64,000 bases of DNA from Pseudomonadota bacterium (lineage in GTDB: Bacteria > UBA10199 > 2-02-FULL-44-16 > DYJF01), in contig JBDRBB010000010.1 in assembly GCA_043823065.1 (NCBI GenBank), positions 160,001-224,000 on the forward strand, in the 5' to 3' direction. The notes below the pieces were generated by a model. It was not told the DNA's origin, did not search any database, and saw nothing but the letters and a program-made list of their open reading frames with translations. The position numbers and the translations under genes were made by a program. Shown here one piece after another: positions 1 through 10,210 of the stretch. Each line of letters opens with the position of its first letter. The stretch's first letter is position 1.

Positions 1-1
1 T

Positions 2-142
2 GGTTTGAACTGGTATATCTTTGATAATAACCTAAAGATGCAACTTTCTTATATTTGGACTGAAGATTATGATGATATTTGGGGAGCTGCGAATAGCAAC
101 CACATTCATAATATTATGTTAATGACCAGTGCTGCTTTTTAA
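2..142 (+). CDS. 3' end of an outer-membrane beta-barrel protein, possibly a phosphate-selective porin (partial)
   Basis: Open frame from the window edge: GLNWYIFDNNLKMQLSYIW...NIMLMTSAAF*. It has a GLNWY strand and terminal Phe, and is followed by a terminator. Confidence 0.55.
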   Translation, partial: GLNWYIFDNNLKMQLSYIWTEDYDDIWGAANSNHIHNIMLMTSAAF

Positions 143-163
143 GCAGTAATGAAGCATGTTAAC

Positions 164-199
164 AAGAGGCCATGGTTTTTGACCATGGTCTTTTTTTTG
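164..199 (+). terminator. Rho-independent terminator
   Basis: GGCCATGGT-TTTTG-ACCATGGTC stem-loop followed by a T-run. Confidence 0.75.
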
Positions 200-233
200 C
201 AATATGTTTATGGTAAGCTAGTTCAAGGACAAA

Positions 234-1886
234 ATGAATCTTCTATCAAAAATAAAACAATTTCCTACCAGACCAGGAATTTATCTTTTTAAAGATGGTG
301 CAGGTAAGGTTTTGTATGTGGGTAAGGCCAAATCATTACGCACTAGAGTTAGTAGTTATTTTAAGAATAAAAAAGAACAAACTAGCAAAGTTAAATTCTT
401 AGTTAAGAAGGCCAAAGAAATTGATTTTATTGTCACTGATACAGAAAAAGAAGCTCTGCTTTTAGAAAACACGCTTATTAAAAAACACAGGCCCTGTTAC
501 AATATTCAACTCAAAGACGATAAAACCTATGTGAGCATCAGGGTTGGTTTAGATCATCGGTTTCCAGGCATTAACATTACTAGAAGAACGCCAAAAGATG
601 GCGCTAAATATTTTGGCCCCTATTCTTCTTCAACTGGAGCTAGGGCCACTGTAGATCAGGTTATTAAAACTTTTAAGATTCGTTCTTGTTGTGATCACGA
701 ATTTGCAAATCGAGTACGCCACTGTTTGGAATTTGATTTAGGTCGTTGCAGCGCGCCCTGTGTTCAAAAAATAACGCAAAAAAATTATTTGGAATGTGTG
801 GAAGAGTGTTTGCTATTTTTAAAAGGCGCTAACCAAGAATTACTGCAAAGATTAAAAAAACGCATGCAACAAGCTTCAGCTGATATGAAATACGAAGAGG
901 CAGCTCAGCTTAGAAATGTATTTTTTCAGATCAAAGAAACTTTAGCTAAACAAAATGTAGTAAAACACGAAGGAGGAGATCAAGATTACCTAGGGCTTGC
1001 TTTTGTAGAAAACAAAGCTGCAATTTGTTTATTAATGATGCGAGGTGGTGTTCTTTTAGATCGACGCTCAAATGTGATTAATGAAATTGGAGAGGATCCA
1101 GAAAAAATTATAACCTCTTTTTTGTTAACCAATTATGAATCAGCAGCTGACATTCCTAAATGTATTTATCTTTCGCATAAAGTAGAAAACAAAAATGAAC
1201 ATGAAGCAATCTTGTTTGATAAAAGCGGGCATAACGTTAGCATAAAGGTTCCGCAGCGAGGCCCCTCAAAACAATTAGTAGATCTGGCTTGTAAAAATGC
1301 TGGGGAGACCCTTAAACTTAGGCTTCAAGAATCCAAGAGCATAGAGCATGTTTTAAATATGCTTCAAAAAAAATTAAAATTAAAAACAGAACCAGGACGC
1401 ATTGAGTGTCTTGATATTACTAACCTGCAAGGTAAACAAGCTTATGGATCTTTAGTTAGTTTTCATAGAGGAGCGCCAGACAAGAATAATTATCGCTTGT
1501 ACAGCATTCAAACCTTAAAAACACCAGATGATTATCAAATGATGCATGAAGTTTTGTGGCGGCGCTATTCAAAATTTAAACAAACAACTTTGCCTCTGCC
1601 AGATTTATTATTAATTGATGGTGGTAAGGGGCAGCTTGGTGTGGCTAAAGCTGTTTTAGATGAGTTAGGTTTAAAAGATTTGTCAGTAGCTGCAATTGCC
1701 AAGGGAAAACAAGGTGAAGAAGATAAGATTTTTTTGCCTGGTCGCAAAAATCCAGTTAAGTTTACCAAGAATTCGCCAGCCCTGCTTTTACTAAAAAAGA
1801 TTAGAGATGAAGCTCACCGTTTTGGAATAACAGCCCATAGAAAAAAAAGAATTAAAGATACTATAAATCAGGCGTCGAATGATTGA
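234..1886 (+). CDS. uvrC: Excinuclease ABC subunit C
   Basis: GIY-YIG (PGIYLF..LYVGKAKSLR.RV.SYF), UVR coiled coil (YEEAAQLR), RNase H-like (IECLDI; DLLLIDGGKGQ; RDEAHRF). No C-terminal HhH domain is visible. Confidence 0.95.
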   Translation: MNLLSKIKQFPTRPGIYLFKDGAGKVLYVGKAKSLRTRVSSYFKNKKEQTSKVKFLVKKAKEIDFIVTDTEKEALLLENTLIKKHRPCYNIQLKDDKTYVSIRVGLDHRFPGINITRRTPKDGAKYFGPYSSSTGARATVDQVIKTFKIRSCCDHEFANRVRHCLEFDLGRCSAPCVQKITQKNYLECVEECLLFLKGANQELLQRLKKRMQQASADMKYEEAAQLRNVFFQIKETLAKQNVVKHEGGDQDYLGLAFVENKAAICLLMMRGGVLLDRRSNVINEIGEDPEKIITSFLLTNYESAADIPKCIYLSHKVENKNEHEAILFDKSGHNVSIKVPQRGPSKQLVDLACKNAGETLKLRLQESKSIEHVLNMLQKKLKLKTEPGRIECLDITNLQGKQAYGSLVSFHRGAPDKNNYRLYSIQTLKTPDDYQMMHEVLWRRYSKFKQTTLPLPDLLLIDGGKGQLGVAKAVLDELGLKDLSVAAIAKGKQGEEDKIFLPGRKNPVKFTKNSPALLLLKKIRDEAHRFGITAHRKKRIKDTINQASND

Positions 1887-1991
1887 CGCTTGGGGTTCTA
1901 ATTTACCAACCTGATAAACGTCTTATAATCTAAATTTTAATAAATAATAATAATATCATCTAGTTAGAAACAAATGTTTTCTTTCAGGCTT

Positions 1992-2006
1992 TGGCACATG
2001 CCTTGC
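1992..2006 (+). promoter_or_regulatory. Sigma54 -24/-12 promoter
   Basis: TGGCAC-ATGCC-TTGC upstream of a GGAGG RBS and ORF 2037. Confidence 0.75.
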
Positions 2007-2036
2007 TAGTTTAATAAGGCGGAGGCTTGAAAGATC

Positions 2037-2291
2037 ATGAAGAGTGAATTTACTAAAGCAGATCAGCAAGTATTAGAAAAAGTTTTGCAGGGGAGTTTTG
2101 GGGGACTCTCCTCAGTTGATCCAGCTATTCTTTCCTGCGGTGGAATTTATGTGCCCCATCAAAATGAAACTCAAAGAGTAATTTATCGGATTATTATCAC
2201 TTCTAACCAGGAAATGCCGGTAAAAGTGGTTACTGGAGTCAGGCCCAAGAATATTTTACATTTATTAATGCAAAAAGAAGCAATGAATTAA
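2037..2291 (+). CDS. Small hypothetical protein
   Basis: 84-aa ORF with RBS, sigma54 promoter and downstream terminator. Confidence 0.6.
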   Translation: MKSEFTKADQQVLEKVLQGSFGGLSSVDPAILSCGGIYVPHQNETQRVIYRIIITSNQEMPVKVVTGVRPKNILHLLMQKEAMN

Positions 2292-2312
2292 AAATATAGT
2301 TCCTCTTCACAG

Positions 2313-2350
2313 AAGGGCTGTTTTACTTTGCGCGGTAAAACAGCCTTTTT
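2313..2350. terminator. Terminator between convergent genes (probably bidirectional)
   Basis: AAGGGCTGTTTTAC-loop-GTAAAACAGCCTTTTT. Confidence 0.75.
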
Positions 2351-3393
2351 TATAGCTTAAAAAAATTAGCAATTGATTCTGAATATGGGGCTTTGGCAAT
2401 ACCCTTTTCAGTAATAATGGCTGTGATTAGTTCTGCAGGCGTAACATCAAAGGCAGGATTAATTATTTCTATTAAATCAGGTGTAATTTGGGTAGTGCCG
2501 ATTTTTCGTATCTCGTTATGATCTCTTTCTTCAATTGGGATAAGAGTTCCATCGGTAATCGTGCGATCAATGGTAGATAAAGGGGCAGCGACATAAAAAG
2601 GGATAGCATGTTTTTGAGCCAGCACAGCCACAGTATAGGTGCCAATTTTATTAGCCACATCACCATTGGCTGCAATGCGGTCAGCACCCACGATTATAGC
2701 ATTAACTAGACCTTGGCGCATAACTAGACCAGCCATGTTATCTGTAATTACTGTAGTTTTGATTCCATGCTTTTGCATTTCCCAAGCAGTTAGTCTGGCG
2801 CCTTGCAAAAGAGGTCTGGTTTCATCAGCAATCACGCTAATTTGTTTACCTGCATCATGAGCGCTATAAATTATACCCAAGGCTGTGCCATAACCAGCAG
2901 TAGCCAGCGCACCAGCGTTGCAATGGGTTAAAACTGTATCTCCATCTTTGAGTAGTTCTTGGCCAAGTCTGCCGATGGCGCGGTTAGATTCAATATCTTC
3001 GTGATAAATTTTTAAGGCTTCAACTTTTAGTATTTCAATCAATTCAGGCACTGGCTTTTCTTTGTTTGACAAAATTTTAGCCTTCATTCTTTCCAGGGCC
3101 CAAAAAGGGTTAACCGCAGTTGGCCGGGCATTAGCCAGACGATTAGCTGCAGTTAAAACTTTTTCATAAAAAGTATCAAAATTATTTACCCCAAATCCTT
3201 GGGCAGCCAAAGCCAGGCCCATGGCTGCCGCGACACCTATTGCTGGTGCACCTCGAATGGCCATATTTTTTATGGCTTGAGCAACCTGGACATAATCTTC
3301 ACAAGTAATGTAAACTTCTTTGGTAGGAAGAAGCCGTTGATCTAACATCACTACTTTATCGTTTTTCCATTCAATTGTTTTAATCAAAAACAT
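2350..3393 (-). CDS. mtnA: S-methyl-5-thioribose-1-phosphate isomerase
   Basis: LDQRLLP, IRGAPAIG, RPTAVN, THCNAGALAT, DETRPLLQGARLT, ANKIGTY, NPAFDVTP. Confidence 0.95.
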   Translation of the reverse strand: MFLIKTIEWKNDKVVMLDQRLLPTKEVYITCEDYVQVAQAIKNMAIRGAPAIGVAAAMGLALAAQGFGVNNFDTFYEKVLTAANRLANARPTAVNPFWALERMKAKILSNKEKPVPELIEILKVEALKIYHEDIESNRAIGRLGQELLKDGDTVLTHCNAGALATAGYGTALGIIYSAHDAGKQISVIADETRPLLQGARLTAWEMQKHGIKTTVITDNMAGLVMRQGLVNAIIVGADRIAANGDVANKIGTYTVAVLAQKHAIPFYVAAPLSTIDRTITDGTLIPIEERDHNEIRKIGTTQITPDLIEIINPAFDVTPAELITAIITEKGIAKAPYSESIANFFKL

Positions 3394-3429
3394 TGGTTGT
3401 TCCTCAAATATTATGCAGTTTCTTTTGCC

Positions 3430-3753
3430 TTATTCTTCATAAGTTTCTTTATCAAAATTAAATAAGCTAAGTAAACTTTCTAAAATCTTATTTTCCTTGC
3501 CGCAAAGATTTTCCAAGACTTGTTCTTCCAAAAAAACACCGCCACAATTAAAACATTTATCGATATGAATACCTTTATAGGTTATTTCTTCTAATTCCAG
3601 GCCACAAGCTGGACAATGATGCCAATGTTCTTGTTTTAATTTACTTAATTCTTCTTTAGCCAAAGCTTGTCTTTTTTCTTGAGCTAATTTTTTCATTTGC
3701 ACTACATCTTTTTTACCAAAATATTCTTTTTCTGGTTGAGGTCGTTTAGGCAT
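3430..3753 (-). CDS. zf-TFIIB-type zinc-ribbon protein
   Basis: CPAC...IDKCFNCGGVFLE pattern. Confidence 0.75.
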   Translation of the reverse strand: MPKRPQPEKEYFGKKDVVQMKKLAQEKRQALAKEELSKLKQEHWHHCPACGLELEEITYKGIHIDKCFNCGGVFLEEQVLENLCGKENKILESLLSLFNFDKETYEE

Positions 3754-3878
3754 AACACCTCCTTATTTAAGGAGCTTATCTCGTAACTCGTAAGTAAAAG
3801 CCATGTCAAGTGTTCCTCTTAACACTAGGCAACATTTACTTATAGCCTGTACTTTATCGATATGTTATAAAAGATTTT

Positions 3879-4676
3879 ATGGAGCAAATTCCTAATTGGA
3901 TAAATTTTTTGTTTGCCGGGATGTTTGGAGCCTTAGTGGGCAGTTTTTTGAATGTGTGTATTGTGCGTCTTCCTAGGGAAGAATCAATTATACTGCCACG
4001 ATCTCATTGCCGTTCATGCGAACATCAACTCTCGTGGTGGGAAAATATTCCCATATTTAGTTATTTGATCTTAAAGGGCAAGTGTCGCCATTGCCAAGAA
4101 CAGATTCCAGTTCGTTATCCAGCAGTGGAATTAATTACTATAATGTTATCTTTAACTTGTTGGAAATTTTTAGGCCAATTTAACCTATATACAGCATATT
4201 TTTTACTCTTAGTTTGTCCTTTAATTGTGGTTACTTTTATAGATTTAGAATTTCGTATTATTCCTAATCAAATTACCTTACCAGGTATTGCTGCTGGTTT
4301 TTTAGTCAGTATCTTTTTTGCAGGTAAGTATACTTATTATGAAGCTGCTCTTAATAGTATGTTGGGAATTTTAGTAGGCGGAGGTTTTTTATATTTAGTG
4401 GCTTTTATTTATGAAAAACTAAAAAAAGCTGAAGGAATGGGTGGAGGTGATGTAAAATTAGCAGCAATGTTAGGTGCTTTTTTTGGTTGGCGAGCAGCAA
4501 TTTTTATTTTATTTGCCAGTTCAGTGCTTGGTTCTTTAGTTGGTTTGCTTCTATTGATTATTAAAAAGAAAGATGCCAAGTTTGCCTTCCCTTTTGGCCC
4601 CTTTTTGGCCTTAGCAGGGCTCATTTACTTCTTTTTTGGTAAGCAAATTATTGGTTGGTATTTAGGTCTTTTTTAG
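3879..4676 (+). CDS. pilD: Prepilin peptidase / N-methyltransferase
   Basis: GSFLNVCIVRLP, two CxxC pairs, IDL and GMGGGDVKL catalytic Asp motifs, FPFGPFL. Confidence 0.93.
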   Translation: MEQIPNWINFLFAGMFGALVGSFLNVCIVRLPREESIILPRSHCRSCEHQLSWWENIPIFSYLILKGKCRHCQEQIPVRYPAVELITIMLSLTCWKFLGQFNLYTAYFLLLVCPLIVVTFIDLEFRIIPNQITLPGIAAGFLVSIFFAGKYTYYEAALNSMLGILVGGGFLYLVAFIYEKLKKAEGMGGGDVKLAAMLGAFFGWRAAIFILFASSVLGSLVGLLLLIIKKKDAKFAFPFGPFLALAGLIYFFFGKQIIGWYLGLF

Positions 4677-4822
4677 TATAAAATAGGCTACAATTTAATA
4701 AAATTAATATATAATTTGGCTTTATTCCATTATATATATAGAACACTTGACTATTTTTAAAGGTTCTGTTCTATTTGGGGCACATTCAACAACAAAGTAT
4801 TTATTCAATCTGGAGATTAACA

Positions 4823-5050
4823 ATGACCACCCATCATATAAAAGAAACTATTAAAAACAATGTTCGTCAATTTCGTGAAAAACTTTTAATGAGCAAAGCA
4901 GAGCTGGCCAGAAAAGCTGGTTTGTCAGCATTGACTATTGATCGCATTGAACGCGGAATGAAATGTCGCATGGATACCAAAAGAAAAATTCTTTTAGCTC
5001 TAAATTTAGAACTTGCTGCTAAAGACCAAATTTTTCCAGAACATATTTAA
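4823..5050 (+). CDS. XRE-family HTH regulator
   Basis: MSKAELARKAGLSALTIDRIERG; ATG at 4823 follows a GGAG RBS. Confidence 0.85.
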   Translation: MTTHHIKETIKNNVRQFREKLLMSKAELARKAGLSALTIDRIERGMKCRMDTKRKILLALNLELAAKDQIFPEHI

Positions 5051-5099
5051 GAACTTTCTATACTTGCGTCCCTTTGATCTATAGTGTAATTCATAGATC

Positions 5100-5624
5100 A
5101 TGCACCCTGACCTTTTAAACAACTCCCTTTTTCTTCGTTACTATGAACAATGGCAAAAGGATCCAGAGTCAATTGTGTTTGCCCCAATTGCTGATTTCTT
5201 TTTGCGTTATGGCATGGTTGATGAAGCATTTAAAATTTGTCTGCAAGGTTTGAGCCGCCATGAAAATTTAACTACTGGACATATTGTCATGGCTAAGATT
5301 CAGCTTAGTAGAGGTAATGTGGAAGAAGCTGAAGATGCTGTTGCTAAAGTTTTGCAAATAATGCCTTCCAATAAACATGCCCTGCGTTTGTTAGAGGAAG
5401 TTAATGCTTTCAAACTAGGCGAGCACAGTAATATAGAAAGAATTCCTCTTCAAGACCTTGTGAAAAAAGCTAAATCCCCCAAAAAATGGCATACAGTAAC
5501 TATGGCTAATATTTATGCTCAGCAAGGGCATGTAGAAAGAGCCAAAAATATATTTGAGTCTATCTTGGAAAGAGAGCCTGATAACCAAGAAGCTAAAAAA
5601 GGATTAGCAGCAATTACTTCATGA
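5100..5624 (+). CDS. Tetratricopeptide-repeat protein
   Basis: TPR-like helices; C-terminal TMANIYAQQG...EPDN. Confidence 0.75.
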   Translation: MHPDLLNNSLFLRYYEQWQKDPESIVFAPIADFFLRYGMVDEAFKICLQGLSRHENLTTGHIVMAKIQLSRGNVEEAEDAVAKVLQIMPSNKHALRLLEEVNAFKLGEHSNIERIPLQDLVKKAKSPKKWHTVTMANIYAQQGHVERAKNIFESILEREPDNQEAKKGLAAITS

Positions 5625-7039
5625 CCAGCATTCTAAACAAAGAGAGTATTTTAGAACAAGCTCGTCTTTTTGTGGAAGAGGGTAAGTTAGACAAAGCCAT
5701 AACCGAATATAATAAAATTTTGGCTGCTGACCCCTCTGATCTTAGGGTCAAATTGCGCGTAGCCGAGCTATATACCAAGCGCAAACAAATTAATGAAGCC
5801 ATTAAGATTTATCGTGAAGTAGCAGAAAGCTATGCTGCTGAAGAATTCTATCTTAAAGCAGTTACAGTTTTAAAAAATATTTTACGGCTTAATCCCAGTT
5901 TGGTGGATGTCAATTTAATGTTAGCTGAGCTTTATGAACGAATGGGTTTGGTACAAGATGCTATCAGGCAATATGATATATTATCATCTACCCTGGATCA
6001 AAAAGGAGATGCTGCCAAAGCTTTGGAGGTTTGTAAAAAAGTGGTAGATTTAGTACCAGACGCGGAAGCCCCTAGAATTAAATTAGCCGAAATTTTACAG
6101 CGTGAAGGGATGATTGATGAGGCTCTAGATCAATATGAAGCTGTTGCCAGAATGTATGAAAAGCAAAAGCGCAAAGACTTAAAATTAGCTGATATATATG
6201 AAAAAATTTTAGCTCATCGCGATAATATAGAGATGTTAAAATCTCTTTGTCGCATTTACGACAAGGTTGGTGAAAAGAAGAAATTATTAAGATGTATGGA
6301 TCAGGCTAAAAATGTAGCCAGTGTTGATCCAGAACTATTAGAGATGCAAGCAAGGGTGTTTGCTTCCTTAAATCAGATGGAAACAGCAAAAAGCAAATAT
6401 TTGCACTTGGCTGATATTTTTTTGGATGAAGGAAAAAAACACGAGGCACTTAAAACCTATGCTGAAATTTTGATATTAATGCCACATGAGGAGGAAAAAA
6501 TATTTAAGAGAGTGGCTGATTCAGGTGAAGAAGCAGTAGCTGAGCTAAAAAGAATATGGGAACAACGGCGCAAAGAACAAAAAGAACAGGATGTATTAGA
6601 GGAAACAGAGCAAATTACCAAAGAAGAGACTGAGAAACCCAAATCTCAACCTAAACAGCAACCAAAACCCCAGCCACAGCCTAAGTTTGCTGTTGATACA
6701 AGGACAGAAGAAACAAGAATGTTTCAGACAGCTCAGTCGTCCTTGAATTTAGGGGTTGCTTATTGGCGCACCGGTTTAAGAGAAGAAGCTAAGGCAGAAT
6801 TAATTAAAGCCAGAGAAATATTTTTTCAGTTAATCAAAAGCGAAGGTGTTTATAAGGCAAAGGCCCAGAACGAACTAAATAATTTAAATAACTTGCTTTC
6901 ACCTAAAAAAAATGTAGAAAAAGCACCTGTTTCAACAGAAAAATTACAAGTAAAACCAATTCCAGAAAAAAAGCAGAAGCAACCATCTGAAACAAAGACA
7001 ACTTCAGATATAAAGAAAAAAAAGATATCGTTTGTGTAG
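5621..7039 (+). CDS. Tetratricopeptide-repeat protein
   Basis: Multiple TPRs and a Pro/Gln/Lys linker; ATGA overlap with the upstream gene. Confidence 0.75.
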   Translation: MTSILNKESILEQARLFVEEGKLDKAITEYNKILAADPSDLRVKLRVAELYTKRKQINEAIKIYREVAESYAAEEFYLKAVTVLKNILRLNPSLVDVNLMLAELYERMGLVQDAIRQYDILSSTLDQKGDAAKALEVCKKVVDLVPDAEAPRIKLAEILQREGMIDEALDQYEAVARMYEKQKRKDLKLADIYEKILAHRDNIEMLKSLCRIYDKVGEKKKLLRCMDQAKNVASVDPELLEMQARVFASLNQMETAKSKYLHLADIFLDEGKKHEALKTYAEILILMPHEEEKIFKRVADSGEEAVAELKRIWEQRRKEQKEQDVLEETEQITKEETEKPKSQPKQQPKPQPQPKFAVDTRTEETRMFQTAQSSLNLGVAYWRTGLREEAKAELIKAREIFFQLIKSEGVYKAKAQNELNNLNNLLSPKKNVEKAPVSTEKLQVKPIPEKKQKQPSETKTTSDIKKKKISFV

Positions 7040-7048
7040 GGGAGCAAA

Positions 7049-7897
7049 ATGGATCATCTGAATTATTATAGTCTTAAAGAAGAACCTTTTACAGTCATGC
7101 CTTTAACAAATTTTTATTACCATAATGATCAGCACGATCAGGCCTTTTTACGCCTGTCCAGAGCTGTGGAAAATATGAAAGGTTTGGCAGTGTTGGTTGG
7201 CGATGTTGGCACTGGTAAAACACTTCTAGCCAGAAGATTATTGGAAGAATTGCCGGAAGAAGAGTATGAGGTATCTTTGTTGGTTATTTTACACTCAGAT
7301 GTTGATAGCGACTGGTTAATCAAGCGCATAGCTCGTCAATTTGGAGTGGAAAATCTTGCAGGAACTAAAGTTGAAGTGCTGCAAAGACTATTTGATCGTT
7401 TAGTCCAAATTTCTGAACAAGGTAAGCGGGCGGTAATTTTAATTGATGAAGCCCAGATGTTAAGAAAACAAGAACTTTTAGAAGAAATTAGAGGACTGCT
7501 TAACTTAGAATTACCCAATCAAAAACTTTTGTCTTTTGTTTTGTTTGGCATGTTGGAGTTAGATGAAACTTTAAAGCTAGAGCAAGCCTTGCAACATCGC
7601 TTGGCAGTGCGTTGTCAGTTAAAAAACTTTTCTCCAGAAGTGGTGAGTGATTATATTCGTTTTCGTTTGTTTCATGCTGGTTGCGATAATCAGGTTTTCT
7701 CTCCAGAAGCCTTGCAAAAAATTCATGCCTATACCAAAGGCAATCCCAGAGTAATAAATGTAGTTTGTGATAATGCCCTGTTTGAAGGTTTTATTCGTAA
7801 GGCAGAAATTCCCATCCCCAGTTCAGTTATTGAAGATGTTGCGGCAGATTTGGGATTAAGTGCAGCAGCTGAGAAGCCCGTCATTCCCCAGACTTAA
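7049..7897 (+). CDS. ExeA/GspA-family AAA ATPase
   Basis: Y.LKEEPF start, GDVGTGKT Walker A, ILIDEAQ Walker B, GNPRVINVVCDNAL. Confidence 0.85.
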   Translation: MDHLNYYSLKEEPFTVMPLTNFYYHNDQHDQAFLRLSRAVENMKGLAVLVGDVGTGKTLLARRLLEELPEEEYEVSLLVILHSDVDSDWLIKRIARQFGVENLAGTKVEVLQRLFDRLVQISEQGKRAVILIDEAQMLRKQELLEEIRGLLNLELPNQKLLSFVLFGMLELDETLKLEQALQHRLAVRCQLKNFSPEVVSDYIRFRLFHAGCDNQVFSPEALQKIHAYTKGNPRVINVVCDNALFEGFIRKAEIPIPSSVIEDVAADLGLSAAAEKPVIPQT

Positions 7898-7901
7898 AGT
7901 G

Positions 7902-8038
7902 AAATCCTAAATCCTAATTTCTAAATCCTAAACAATATCAAAATTCTAATTACCAAAATCCAAAACAAAGTGTTTTGAACATTTGAAATTTGGTAATTTG
8001 AATTTGTTTAGAATTTAGATATTAGAGTTTAGAAATTT
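7902..8038. repeat. AT-rich imperfect palindromic intergenic element, copy 1
   Basis: AAATCCTAAATCCTAATTTCTAAATCCTAAACAA...TTGTTTAGAATTTAGATATTAG with ~7-nt periodicity. Confidence 0.8.
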
Positions 8039-8114
8039 AATACTGATGACTTTAGTCTCCAATCTTAGTCTTTTATCCCATATTTTTGCAACAACCAGCA
8101 AATAATGCTAATAA

Positions 8115-8156
8115 TATCAATGGTTTATTCTGATTAGGACCTGGCACATATCTTGC
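8115..8156 (+). promoter_or_regulatory. Sigma54 promoter with upstream IHF-like site
   Basis: TGGCAC-ATATC-TTGC (8142-8156) and TATCAA-TGGT-TTA (IHF consensus WATCAAN4TTR). Confidence 0.75.
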
Positions 8157-8169
8157 TTCTATATTTGTT

Positions 8170-8194
8170 GTCATTCCTGCCTAGGCAGGAATCC
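8170..8194. repeat. REP-like hairpin (GTCATTCC family)
   Basis: TGTCATTCCTGCCTAGGCAGGAATCC; same family as 38860 and 48755. Confidence 0.65.
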
Positions 8195-8213
8195 ATAATT
8201 ATAGGAGCAATTT

Positions 8214-10205
8214 ATGTTTAAAAAGTTTTTTCTCGTTATTTTAACCTTAAGCTTAGTTGGAACAGTTGGTTGTATTGGCGATAAACTGGCCAATGATGAT
8301 TCAAACCAAAATATTGATAATGCATCTCAACTGCCTAATCAAGGTGGTGATTTAGATCTAACATCAGGTACAACAGATGATCCTCGTTATGGATATGGAA
8401 ATGATGATGACGATGATAATGTTTTAGGAGAATATGATTCTGGTCCTGGTTCTTCTGCAGATGAAACTATTTCCATTCGTTTTGATTCAATTATCACTAT
8501 TAAACAAGGACTAGCCAAAACAATTGAATTAGATGCAACCCTTAGAAATTATGAAGGTAGTTTTAGTTTAGAATTTGCCATGCAAGAAGCAGATCAAGAT
8601 AAAGTAGAAGTTACCAGAAGTGGCGATGAAATAACCTTATTAAGTAATCATCCAGGAACCCATGACGCCAGGCTCATAGCTTTTGATGGTGCAGGATCTG
8701 AACTTGTCCGTAAAAATATTCAGATTAAAGTAAATAGGAATGAATTAAAGATCACCAGCATTGAGCTGCCAAATGCAGTCGATTATAGCGCTGATGAAGC
8801 GATTAGAGCTGAAATTAAAATAAAAGGTGGTTCAGACGAATATGAATCTGTGAGCGCAAGTGCTGATTCAGAAGGTTTGGAGGTTAATGTAGAAAAAGAT
8901 GGGGAAAAATATTTTCTTACGTTAATTCCAAATAATCCTGGTGATCATGAGATTACAGTAACTGTAAAAGATGTTAATGCTAATTTTGAGCAAGCAGAAA
9001 AAACAGCGAGCCTAAAGATTAACTATATGGTTGTGTTTGGAACTTTAATAGAAACTGCCGATTTTAATACCTGCGCTAATAACAATATTAAGTTAATTGT
9101 TAAGAGCACCAATGCCCATGCAGCAAAAATTGTTAAAAATGAAGAAGGTTATAAGCAATTTCCAAGGATTGAGGATGAATTTTATACAAATGATGAGGAA
9201 GAGATTAATTTAAAACTAGGCCAGTTTTCCTTGCTACGCACAGAACTGGAAATAGCTGGTGGGGTGGGTCCTTTTAAGGTTGAAATAACAAAGGGATCTT
9301 CTACTTCTTATGTTGAAGAAAGAGATAATGATTACTTTTCGTTAGCAAGTAGAAGAGACAGTCATGGAAGACATATACCTTATATTATCCTAGCAGAAGG
9401 AGATAGAGATTTTATTTGGAAGATCGATACTGGTAAGGCATTCACAGGTCCGGTAGAAGTTGAAATAACAGTTAAAGATTTAGGTTGTGAAAGTACAGAA
9501 AATATTTTTGTGCGCAAAATTAATTTTGATATTGGTTGTCAGATTGGAAAGTTTTTGGATGAAAACGGTCAGGGTAAAATACTTTTTAAGGCTAGCTATT
9601 CAACACCTAGAGAAAATTCTGGCTATTGCGCTGGAACTGATGCCTGGTTTGCTCTAACCTCTGAAGCTTTTCCTGGATCACGAGATGATGGTTATGATCA
9701 TCACCTAAAAAACTATTTGATGAGTAATGGTGAATTTAATCTAACCAGAGATGGTAATTCTAGTACTAATGATAATAAAGATAGTATCACAGATTATCCT
9801 AGATTAGAGATCTTAGATGAAAATGATTTTAGTCCCTGGGCTAATAAGCAGGATTGTGATGCATTTGGTTGTTCAGAAGCAGATCAAGAATATGTAAATA
9901 ACCTATGTGTAGAAGATATTACTGGTTATGCATTTTGGTTTGATTCTGCTTCTTGTTCTCATGATCCATCTATTGGGATTGATATAGGTGGTTTTATTGC
10001 CAAATGGTGTCCAGATCCTGATAAATTAGAAAACGGAAACAATGAAGATGATGGTTGTGTGTGGGCTTCTGCTAAAGAAGGTTTTGAATGGAATAATATA
10101 GGTTATCAAACAGAAAAGACAGCATTCATAGGTTTTAAAGACCATGAAATCAGTTGGGGAAATTCAACAAAATGGACTAGTCTTGCTCCGTCCAATGCGC
10201 CGTAA
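8214..10205 (+). CDS. Large acidic lipoprotein with Ig-like domains and a Cys-rich C-terminus
   Basis: Signal peptide with lipobox TVGC; beta-rich; many Cys in the C-terminal half. Confidence 0.7.
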   Translation: MFKKFFLVILTLSLVGTVGCIGDKLANDDSNQNIDNASQLPNQGGDLDLTSGTTDDPRYGYGNDDDDDNVLGEYDSGPGSSADETISIRFDSIITIKQGLAKTIELDATLRNYEGSFSLEFAMQEADQDKVEVTRSGDEITLLSNHPGTHDARLIAFDGAGSELVRKNIQIKVNRNELKITSIELPNAVDYSADEAIRAEIKIKGGSDEYESVSASADSEGLEVNVEKDGEKYFLTLIPNNPGDHEITVTVKDVNANFEQAEKTASLKINYMVVFGTLIETADFNTCANNNIKLIVKSTNAHAAKIVKNEEGYKQFPRIEDEFYTNDEEEINLKLGQFSLLRTELEIAGGVGPFKVEITKGSSTSYVEERDNDYFSLASRRDSHGRHIPYIILAEGDRDFIWKIDTGKAFTGPVEVEITVKDLGCESTENIFVRKINFDIGCQIGKFLDENGQGKILFKASYSTPRENSGYCAGTDAWFALTSEAFPGSRDDGYDHHLKNYLMSNGEFNLTRDGNSSTNDNKDSITDYPRLEILDENDFSPWANKQDCDAFGCSEADQEYVNNLCVEDITGYAFWFDSASCSHDPSIGIDIGGFIAKWCPDPDKLENGNNEDDGCVWASAKEGFEWNNIGYQTEKTAFIGFKDHEISWGNSTKWTSLAPSNAP

Positions 10206-10210
10206 AAAGA